Shown here: positions 1 through 7,630 of the stretch, piece by piece
Layout of the letters: the number at the start of each line of letters is the position of its first letter
How positions within the stretch are numbered: position 1 is the first letter of the stretch
DNA from: Octopus sinensis
Taxonomy: Eukaryota
Direction: 5' to 3'
DNA length: 10,829 nucleotides
Assembly: GCF_006345805.1 (NCBI RefSeq)
Contig: NW_021827232.1
Span: forward strand, 1-10,829
Made by a program: the position numbers and the translations under genes
Notes under the pieces: generated by a model
Databases searched by the model: none
The model's input: the letters and a program-made list of their open reading frames with translations, nothing else
What the model was told of the DNA's origin: nothing

Positions 1-28
1 GCGCCAACATCAACAGCATCTCAAATCC

Positions 29-149
29 CACCATGACCACCACGACAATGACGACGACGACCACCAACATCACCATCACCACCACCATCACCACCACCAC
101 CACCACCATCACCACCACCACCAACAACAACAACAAAATGAACAACAAC
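29..149. repeat. Compound trinucleotide microsatellite (CAC/CAT/GAC/CAA)n
   Basis: Runs of accaccacc, catcacc, acgacgacg and caacaacaa read directly from the sequence. Confidence 0.9.
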
Positions 150-400
150 GAGTTCAAGCTCTTACATGGTCATTCAGCAGGCTAGACATAGCAGTCAAAT
201 TTTCATTTAAAAAAATGCTCCTTTTTACCAGAAGGATTAATATGAAGCCAGGTTAAACTCACCCATAAAAGAGGGTGGGTTGGGGTGGGGAAGAATGGGA
301 GTAGAGCAGGGTTTAGGGTTAGAAAGGAATAGGTGGGGTGTGGTTGGTGGTGTTGGTGGTTAAGTGGAAGGTTCAGGAATAATAAACAACAATTCCAACG

Positions 401-842
401 ATGCTGCTACTGTTGTTGCTGTTGTTGTTGATGATGATGATGGTGGTGGTGGTGGTGTGTGTGGTGGAGGTGGGTGGTAATGATGAAGATGGCTATGTTG
501 TGATGACACTGGTGATGAAAGTGGTGATGACGTTGGCAGCGGTGTTGATCATGATGATGACGATGATGGTGGTGGTGATGGTGGTGGTGGTGGTGGTGGT
601 CACGAGGAAGGAGAGGAGGGTGGTTGTGATGGAGAAGATGGAGTAGATGTGATGGTTATGACTATAATGATGATGATGATGATGATGATGATAGTGTTGA
701 TGGTGACGACGACGACAATGATGATGATCGTGTTGATCATGATGATGCCGATGATGATAATGATGATGATGATGAGGAGGAGGAGAAGGAGGAGGCGACT
801 GATGACGACGATGACAACTATAATACAACGTCGATGATGATA
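401..842. repeat. Long degenerate trinucleotide low-complexity tract (TGT/TGA/TGG/GAG)n
   Basis: Continuous gatgatgat, ggtggtggt, tgttgttgt and gaggagg runs. It accounts for the poly-M/V/L/H/I ORFs at 401-899. Confidence 0.9.
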
Positions 843-1066
843 GTTAAACACAACTCTCAACCGCTCCTCCCTCCCTCCCTCCCACACCGCCGCTCCCACT
901 GTCCCTCCAACGGTGTCACCTCATTTCCTGTTGTTTATTTTCCACCAAAATATCGTAAATAACTGTTTGACACAGAATTAGAATGAGGAACTAGATACAA
1001 AGAATGGGATGGAGAGATGACACAATTCTCTCTCCACCACCGACATTACAGTCTTCTCTCCCCCTA

Positions 1067-1087
1067 TCTCTCTCTCTCTCTCTCTCT
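1067..1087. repeat. (TC)n microsatellite
   Basis: Direct reading: tctctctctc... Confidence 0.9.
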
Positions 1088-1114
1088 AGCAATTTAGTCG
1101 ATAAGCATCGCCTT

Positions 1115-1198
1115 AGCGGTATTTGAACCCGGAATCAGACAGCAGAACAAATGTCATAATAGGTTTTGCCAACACTCTAGCGATTCTGCCTGCTCACC
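1115..1198 (-). mobile_element. Diverged 5' (tRNA-head) remnant of SINE family 1
   Basis: cggtatttgaacccggaatcagac...cgattctgcctgctcacc aligns by eye with the head of copy A (cggtggaatttgaactcagaac...caattctgccagctcgcc, 2005-2088). A B-box-like GGTTCAAAT is present on the minus strand. Confidence 0.65.
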
Positions 1199-1199
1199 A

Positions 1200-1327
<128 letters not shown>

Positions 1328-1337
1328 GTATACTTTC

Positions 1338-1338
1338 T

Positions 1339-1402
<64 letters not shown>
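1338..1402. repeat. (TA)n/(CA)n microsatellite
   Basis: Direct reading. Confidence 0.9.
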
Positions 1403-1403
<1 letters not shown>

Positions 1404-1649
1404 AATCTTATTTTTTAGGGAATAAAAATTCCGGCATAACAGAGGTTCAAATTATTCTCAATGAAGAAATATATTTTAATTTAGAGATAGTAGATCCCTA
1501 CATCTCACCAAATAAAATTTTTTAATATTTTTATTTAAATACCTACTGTTTTATTCCTTGGCAACACGTGTTTCAAGAGGTACATCCCCCGGTTCCTAAA
1601 CCACTCCGTGTTTCCCTGGACCCCCTCTCACATGCCACCCCCATATGGA

Positions 1650-1687
1650 TATATATTTATGTGTGTATATATATATATACATGTGAG

Positions 1688-1744
<57 letters not shown>

Positions 1745-1840
1745 CATATATATATTTATGTATATTATGTAATATATATATAATATATAATATATATATA
1801 TATATTTATTTATATATATGTAATATATATATATATATAG

Positions 1841-1880
<40 letters not shown>
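1650..1880. repeat. Imperfect (TA)n microsatellite
   Basis: Direct reading; source of the YIYIYI ORFs. Confidence 0.95.
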
Positions 1881-1882
<2 letters not shown>

Positions 1883-2090
1883 TCTTTCTACTATGGGCAC
1901 AAGCCTGACATTTTGGGAGAGCAGACTAATTGATTACATGGACCCCAGCTCATCACTGGTTTTTAATTTATGGAACCTGAAAGGATGAAAGTCAAAGTCG
2001 ACGTCGGTGGAATTTGAACTCAGAACACAGACAGATGAACTGCCGCAAAGCATTTTACCCAGCGTGCTAACAATTCTGCCAGCTCGCCTT
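1883..2090 (-). mobile_element. tRNA-derived SINE family 1, copy A (tail type 1)
   Basis: Minus strand begins aaggcgagctggcagaattgttagcacg (A-box-like), then gagttcaaattcc (B-box-like), a central gtcgactttgactttcatcctttc segment, and the tail caaaatgtcaggcttgtgcccatagtagaaagag. Homologous to the copies at 2159-2388, 6510-6719 and 6811-6996. Confidence 0.9.
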
Positions 2091-2158
2091 GTGCATGTGT
2101 GCCTGCGAGACTCATTGCGGTTGTATTCCCAGTGCTTGATAGCCCGTATCAATTTCTT

Positions 2159-2388
2159 ATTTCTTTACTACCCACAAGGGGCTAAACACAGAGGGGACAA
2201 ACAAGGAGAGACAAACAGATTAAGTCGATTACATCGACTCCAGTGCGTAACTGGTACTTAATTTATCGACCCCGAAAGGATGAAAGGCAAAGTCAACCTC
2301 GGCGGAATTTGAACTCAGAACGTAACGGCAGACAAAATACCGCTAAGCATTCCGCCCGGCGTGCTAACATTTCTCACAGCTCGTCGCC
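2159..2388 (-). mobile_element. tRNA-derived SINE family 1, copy B (tail type 2), full length with TSD
   Basis: Same head and core as copy A but a different tail (ccttgtttgtcccctctgtgtttagccccttgtgggtagtaaagaaat). Flanked by an 18-bp direct repeat agcccgtatca(a/g)tttctt at 2141-2158 and 2389-2406. Confidence 0.92.
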
Positions 2389-2451
2389 AGCCCGTATCAG
2401 TTTCTTTACGTCATCGTAACTTAGCGGTTCGGCTAGAGTATTAGAATATAT

Positions 2452-2613
2452 TAATGGCAATGCATGTGATGAGGGGCGCATGCAGCCATTCATAACCCCA
2501 TTATTGTATAATCATCTCATCATATTCGTTCTATGTTTTGTCCCCTCTGTGGTGTCCTGGCTGTTCTTGTTTGTCCCCCTCTGTGTTTGGGCCCCTATGG
2601 CTAACAAAGAAAC
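2452..2613 (+). mobile_element. 162-bp 5'-truncated retroposed insertion sharing the 3' tail of SINE copy B
   Basis: Perfect 17-bp TSD agagtattagaatatat at 2435-2451 and 2614-2630. Its 3' end (2561-2612) matches the tail of copy B. Confidence 0.8.
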
Positions 2614-3079
2614 AGAGTATTAGAATATATACAAACTTAAAAATAAGTACTTGGGTGAATTTGCTGGTTAAACTCCTCAAGGCAGTATCTCTGCATGGCT
2701 GCAGTCCAATGACCGATGCTGATGATTAAGAAAAACAAAATACCTCAAACCCCCAGACGTATGAACTATCAATCTCCAAGTCTTCCGATCAGGCAATACG
2801 AACATTATTACCATAATTATTAACGAAAGCAGTAAAAATAAAATAACTTTTGCAAAGTTCAACTTGTAATTTATTATTCTTTGTTGTTCTTTTAAGAATT
2901 CCATTGATAAAACTTTGGTTCTTTGTTGAAGACCAGCTGCATCTTGACAGGAAGAATTCAAATATTTATTGTATGCGGGCACGAGGGTTTGTATAGAGAC
3001 AGACAGACATACAAATGTACAGACGAATATACAAATATATACAAGTATGGCTGTAACTGTGGACACACCTGTCTGTATG

Positions 3080-3082
<3 letters not shown>

Positions 3083-3116
<34 letters not shown>

Positions 3117-3282
3117 ATGCTTATGCATACACACACATACACATACATATATATGCATGTATATATTATGTATACACAAACATTTATAAATATGTATAAT
3201 AACAATGCATGTGCCTATAGTTGATTATATAAATATAGACATACGTATGTATATATATATATATATTATATATATAATATAT

Positions 3283-3317
<35 letters not shown>

Positions 3318-3650
3318 TATTTACATTATTTACATTTGACGGATATTTGTCCTCATCTTGTTTGTTGTTAACACTGATATATAACTTTATTATATATATA
3401 TTTGTGTGTGTGTGCATATATGTGTATATATATATATATATATTTATATGCATATACACGTGTGTATATATATACGTATATATATGCGCACATATATACA
3501 TACATATGTATGTATATGAGCGTATTTTTTCTGTTGGTACACACACACACATATGTATGTATGTATATATGTCTCTATGTCTCACTGTATGTAGCTACAT
3601 ATGTATGATTTTACGCATGTATGTATGTACGTACGTACGTATGTATGTGT
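3083..3650. repeat. Compound (GT)n/(TA)n/(CA)n/(TATG)n microsatellite region
   Basis: Perfect (GT)n at 3083-3115, then degenerate TA/CA/TATG runs with short unique spacers. Confidence 0.9.
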
Positions 3651-3814
3651 ACGATCTCCCACCTCAAAGGAAAACGCGACCACAACATAAAATAAGTTGG
3701 ACTAGAATTACTGTATCAATCTCTCGAGACATTTAGTGATAAAATGATAAAAATATCATAAACACTGACGACAAACTGCGAAACTTATCCAAGTGTGAAG
3801 ACAACTAACAGTAA

Positions 3815-4203
3815 TATAAACACAAGGAAAACGTACTTAGAGTGAACCTTAAACCTGAAAACAAGGAAAATATTGTAAGTTTTAAAAGTGATATCAGTAA
3901 GCTGTTTGTTATTTTGGACAACGCAGAATATGTTACAAAAGTAAATATTTTAGTACGGATAACTGCCAATTGATCAATATTGTCGATAGATAACACTATT
4001 CAAATAAAAATCGAAAGGAATCGAGGAATTATTAGCTACAAAGACTTCTGTAGTATCTCTCCGTTTCGTTTAAAATAAAGCAGTGTTAAGCTTTGCATTG
4101 ATGTGTGGTAATAAAACAAAATAATCCCATCTACCTCCTAATCTCCAATATTAATACATTCACTCGTAGTCTCGTTAAAAGGATGACGTAGACTTTGAAA
4201 CTA
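3815..4203 (+). pseudogene. Highly decayed Penelope-like element (PLE) reverse transcriptase fragment
   Basis: 3866-3955 translates as ENIVSFKSDISKLFVILDNAEYVTKVNILV, similar to the PLE motif IVIxxADKGxxxVIMDxxDYxxKxxxLL. 4120-4203 in another frame translates as NNPIYLLISNINTFTRSLVKRMT*TLKL, similar to PLRPIVSxIxSPTYxLAKxLxxxLxPL. The order and approximate spacing fit a PLE RT N-terminus. Stops and frameshifts are present. Confidence 0.6.
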
Positions 4204-4379
4204 GAGAGATACTGTAGAAACTATAAACTAGAGAGATGCAACATACGAGAATGGGAAGAAAATCTAAGAAATTCTAGAGAAAATGGCTTTTTTAAAGTCA
4301 AATCAGAATTCGCGAGCGGTAATAATTACTGGTATTTTACAAAAGTTGCACGTATCGATATCAATGTAGAAAGGTTGAT

Positions 4380-4683
4380 GTGTGTTTGTTCCTTCTCGAG
4401 TCATGCCTGGCTCATAAGGGATGGTTTCCCGGTTTCCTTGGCGTATAGATTCCCCACCTGGACGGGACGCCAATCCATCGCAGGTGAGCTGCAAGATGCA
4501 GGAGGAAAGAATGAGAGAAAGTTGTGGCAAAAGAGTCAGCAGAAGTTCGCCATTACCTTCTGCCGGAGCTGCGTGGAGCTTAGGTGTTTCGCTCATAAAC
4601 ACACATCGCCCGGTCTGAGATTCGAACCCGCGATCCCTCGACCACTTGTCCGCTGTTCTAACCAAGTAGGCCATGTACCTCCA
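4380..4683 (-). mobile_element. tRNA-derived SINE family 2, full length
   Basis: Minus-strand A-box-like TGGCCTACTTGG (4662-4673) and B box GGTTCGAATCT (4618-4628). The body contains tgcgatggattggcgtcccgtccagg. Degenerate TSD: caatgtagaaaggttgat (4362-4379) and caaggcagaaaggtgat (4684-4700). Confidence 0.85.
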
Positions 4684-4744
4684 CAAGGCAGAAAGGTGAT
4701 AAATAAAGATCGGAAATGAGGAATAACGATGTATTGGATAGAAA

Positions 4745-5110
4745 GAACTTGAATGTGTTTCAGCCAATGATTGGCCCAGGCCATGTCTATCTTAATAGCA
4801 CCACCTGATAGGATCTGTTAAGTCATTTTAAAGTCAAGTTTTGTGATATCAGGGCCCATTCAAGTAGGGAGTTGTTGACTGAGATATATCCAGGTATTGG
4901 TGGCTCATCTGGTATTCCTTGAAGAAACTTGTCCCTGTTTTGTTTGTAGGAGATGGGATCTTTTTTTTTTTTTTGATTTGTTTCGGAATACTGTTAAATA
5001 AGGAGGCCATGTTGAGGAAAATAAATTGTGCTGAAGTGAATTTGTCTTGTGATCCACAACTGTGTAGGGTGGCATATGGCATGTGGTCCCTGCCCTGGAT
5101 GAAGTCGATT
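4745..5110 (-). mobile_element. 3' end of a CR1/L2-group LINE (ORF2 C-terminus plus 3' UTR), frameshifted
   Basis: Minus-strand peptides ASLFNSIPKQIK and, after a frameshift, DKFLQGIPDEPPIPGYISVNNSLLEWALISQNLTLK* (4933-4823) match the LFNxLP...LDxFLxxIPDEP...NSL C-terminus of invertebrate CR1-type ORF2. A short UTR follows, ending ...tggctgaaacacattcaag. Confidence 0.75.
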
Positions 5111-5239
5111 AAAAAAAATAATCAATAACAAGCCAGAGAAGTGAAAACGTGTGAATTTTAACCGAAAGTTGAGGAAAGATTCAGTGAAGTCTTGAATGGA
5201 CATAGTTGGGTGAAATTTTAAACTGAAGAAATCGTAGTA

Positions 5240-5284
5240 AAAACATATAACTAGATCCTTTTTTTTTATCTAGTTATATGTTTT
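5240..5284. repeat. Perfect 17-bp inverted repeat with 11-nt loop
   Basis: aaaacatataactagat (5240-5256) and atctagttatatgtttt (5268-5284) are exact reverse complements. Confidence 0.9.
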
Positions 5285-5456
5285 ATAAAAATATATTTTA
5301 TTTTTTATTTATTATTTGGTTTATGTCTATCATTGTTTGCATTGCATAATAGTGGTTTTCCTCTAATTTAGTATATTATATATTTATATTGTGAAATGTG
5401 ATTTAATACTAAACTGAATTTTTCCCTGTAAGTTTGGAGTTATACTCCCTAATATC

Positions 5457-5457
<1 letters not shown>

Positions 5458-5496
<39 letters not shown>

Positions 5497-5499
5497 ATA

Positions 5500-5533
<34 letters not shown>

Positions 5534-5658
5534 TATATATATATATCTATAATATATATGTATATATATATATGTATATATAATATGTATATATATATAT
5601 GTATAATATATATATATATATATATAATATATATATATATATATTATATATATATATA
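5458..5658. repeat. Imperfect (TA)n microsatellite
   Basis: Direct reading. Confidence 0.95.
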
Positions 5659-5759
5659 GGGTATGTGTTTTGTGTGGTATGTAGGTATATGTGTATGGGG
5701 GAAGAAATGAATGGGGTGTGTGTGCGCACTGTTGTAACCCCGTCTAGTAAGTAAATTAC

Positions 5760-5919
5760 CTTGTTGTTGTTGTTGTTGTTTTCGTCGTTGTTGTAGTTAA
5801 TGGTGTTGAAAGTGTGTTTTGAAGTTTTCGTAATGACAGATTTAATTGGTCGTCGGATGGAATTTTACAATTTTCTTCGAACCCCTCCTCCTCTACTCCA
5901 CCAACCCCCCCCCCAACCA
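5760..5919 (-). other. Candidate 160-nt exon (open frame VGGGVGGVEEEGFEENCKIPSDDQLNLSLRKLQNTLSTPLTTTTTKTTTTTT)
   Basis: Minus strand: acceptor-like ttctgcgtgtgttcctttcag| before 5919 and donor-like aacaag|gtaatt after 5760, with one stop-free frame. No recognisable homology. Confidence 0.25.
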
Positions 5920-6106
5920 CTGAAAGGAACACACGCAGAACTAGCAAAGGGCTGTTGTAGGGTGGGACTAATAGGTTCAGCTTGTCTTCTCTGGTACCAA
6001 AGAACAGCCCTTATTTTACTTTGAAAAGGAATCGGTTTTCGCTTACGACCTAAGTGTGTGATGTTAGTACAATGTGAACACAAAGAAGGACGGCAACCGA
6101 TAAATC

Positions 6107-6146
6107 GCCAAGGAAAGTAGAACTTGCCAAGGAAAGTAGAACTTGC
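6107..6146. repeat. Exact 19-bp tandem duplication gccaaggaaagtagaactt x2
   Basis: 6107-6125 and 6126-6144 are identical, followed by gc. Confidence 0.95.
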
Positions 6147-6443
6147 AGGGCAGTCTTCTGTAAAATTACTTAGCTTTAACAAACATATAAAGCAGGAGAT
6201 GTTGAAACAAATGTCACTTCGAAGTGGGTTATTTCTGAAATGTCTAAGATCTTTCGACGTTGCGATGACACAAAAACCTGCAAATCGTCAGGAATTGATA
6301 TAAAATCGCTCGATATCTATTTGGATCAATCTTAAAAGGAATTAAAATCTGCAACACAACAACAACATGAACGGCAACAACAACGATAACGAAAGATCAA
6401 CGTGGGAGCTTCCCACACGATCGCAAGGCATGCTGGAAATAGA

Positions 6444-6506
6444 TTCTTCTTCTTCTTCTTCTTCTTCTTCTTCTTCTTCTTCTCTTCTTCTTCTTCTTCT
6501 TCTTCT
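6444..6506. repeat. (TTC)n microsatellite
   Basis: Direct reading, one interruption. Confidence 0.95.
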
Positions 6507-6509
6507 ACA

Positions 6510-6719
6510 AGCTGGCAGAATCTTTAGCAGGCCGGGCGAAATGCTTAGTGGCATTTCGGCCGTCGCTACGTTCTGAGTTCAAATTCCACCGAGGTCGTCT
6601 TTGCCGTTCATCCTTTCGAGGCCGATAAACTAAATACCAAATGAACACTGGGGGTTGATGTAACTGACCAGTCTCCTCCCACCAAAATTACAAGCCGTCT
6701 GCCTTTTGTAGAAAGGATG
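6510..6719 (+). mobile_element. tRNA-derived SINE family 1, copy C (tail type 1)
   Basis: Head agctggcagaatctttagc, B-box-like gagttcaaattcc (6575-6587), core ccgaggtcgtctttgccgttcatcctttcg, and a tail ...gtagaaagga running into (TTA)n. Confidence 0.9.
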
Positions 6720-6729
6720 ATTATTATTA

Positions 6730-6808
<79 letters not shown>
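6720..6808. repeat. (TTA)n microsatellite (probable SINE tail expansion)
   Basis: Direct reading; directly follows the 3' end of copy C. Confidence 0.95.
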
Positions 6809-6809
<1 letters not shown>

Positions 6810-6810
6810 T

Positions 6811-6996
6811 AAGTCGGTGAGCTGGTAGAAATATTAACACACCGGACAAAACACTAGTGACATTTCGTTCCGCCCTTAAGTTCTGAGTTCAAATTCCGCC
6901 GAGGTCAACTTTGTTTGTCATTGCTTTCGGTGGTCGATGAAATCAGCTCTCCCTGTCACCACAAGATTTCAGGCAATGTGCCTATAGCAGAAAAGC
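6811..6996 (+). mobile_element. tRNA-derived SINE family 1, copy D (tail type 1, internally deleted)
   Basis: Head aagtcggtgagctggtagaa, then gttctgagttcaaattccgccgaggtcaacttt, and tail caagatttcaggcaatgtgcctatagcagaaaag. It lacks about 32 bp of the core. Confidence 0.85.
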
Positions 6997-7029
6997 TTAT
7001 CAATATTACCATTATTTAAGTGTCAAACC

Positions 7030-7630
7030 TGGTAAAAGGGAAAAAGCTCAACCACAACCGAAAAGGGAACTTCATGGCAAAAAGGTTCTTCTCTCTATCT
7101 GGTGAGATTGCAAAGGAGTAATTTACTTTGAATTGTTACCATCTAATGCAAGAATCAATGCTCAAGTCTACTGTCAGCAATTAGAGCGTTTGAACCAAGC
7201 TTTGAAGAAAAAAAGACCCGCTCTAGTGAATCGAAAAGGAGTGATGTTTCATCAGGACAATGCGCGACCCCACACTGCAAAGATCACATCACAGAAGATT
7301 GAAGAGCTTGGTTGGGAAAAAATTCTTCATCCACTTTATTCTCCCGACCTTGCTCTTTTAGACTACCATTTGTTTCGTAGTTTACAGGATCATTTGGGGA
7401 CATAACCTTCGCAAGCCAGGAGGAGGTCGAAATTGACATTTCAGAGTTCTTCGCTTTGAAACCAAAAAATGTTTTATATTGATGGGATTAAAAAGCTTGT
7501 AAATAGATGGAAGGAAGTCATAGATAATCAGGGAAAGTACGTTGATGATTAAATTTTCAATTAAATATAACATTTGATCACTTGTTTTCTTTATTCAAAA
7601 TTCGGACAGAACTTATGGGATGATCTAATA
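7030..7630 (+). mobile_element. Mariner (Tc1/mariner, DD34D) transposon, 3' half with pseudogenised transposase and right terminal inverted repeat (TIR)
   Basis: Translation: KREKAQPQPKRELHGKKVLLSIW*DCKGVIYFELL...FHQDNARPHTA...HPLYSPDLALLDYHLFRSL, with exactly 34 residues between the last two catalytic Asp. In-frame TGA at 7103-7105. Frameshifted C-terminus FYIDGIKKLVNRWKEVIDNQGKYVDD* (stop 7550-7552). A TIR-like end cggacagaacttatgggatgatctaa is followed by TA (7629-7630). Confidence 0.95.

Larger units (their letters stand above)
2091..2730 (+). mobile_element. Old SINE 3' half (host element) interrupted by two younger insertions
   Basis: Removing the two TSD-flanked inserts leaves ...gtgcttgat-agcccgtatcagtttctttacgtcatcgtaacttagcggttcggct-agagtattagaatatat-acaaacttaaaaataagtacttgggtgaatttgctggttaaa...aaggcagtatctctgcatggctgcagtccaatgac. 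This resembles the 3' half of an abundant octopus SINE (recalled, not searched). Confidence 0.6.

Noticed and set aside
308-322. Telomere-like agggtttagggttag
   Set aside because: Only about two imperfect units, expected by chance in a G-rich patch.
401-899. ORFs with poly-M/V/H/I/T tracts
   Set aside because: They are translations of a trinucleotide low-complexity tract that is open in several frames on both strands.
2677-3066. 129-aa minus-strand ORF with hydrophobic stretches
   Set aside because: It starts in microsatellite-derived sequence and ends inside a SINE. No motif or strong splice signals; the hydrophobicity reflects T-richness.
4198-4237. 13-bp direct repeat aaactagagagat (4198-4210, 4225-4237)
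   Set aside because: Too short and too closely spaced to define an insertion; likely a local duplication.
4392-4425. Second hammerhead-like string in the SINE 2 tail (cttatgagccaggcatgactcgagaa, minus strand)
   Set aside because: Both core segments deviate (CUUAUGA, GAGA) and stems I and III are not evident.
4610-4683. Possible tRNA gene
   Set aside because: It has A/B boxes, but I cannot build a convincing cloverleaf. It continues into a SINE body and is bounded by a TSD-like repeat.
4195-4767. Longest ORFs (174 aa + and 154 aa -)
   Set aside because: Both run through SINE family 2 and have no recognisable protein motifs; chance open frames.
5240-5284. Rho-independent terminator
   Set aside because: Eukaryotic context, AT-rich stem, and the main T run is in the loop.
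7133-7405. Functional transposase or SETMAR-like host gene
   Set aside because: In-frame stop upstream, two downstream frameshifts, a missing N-terminal half and no SET domain.
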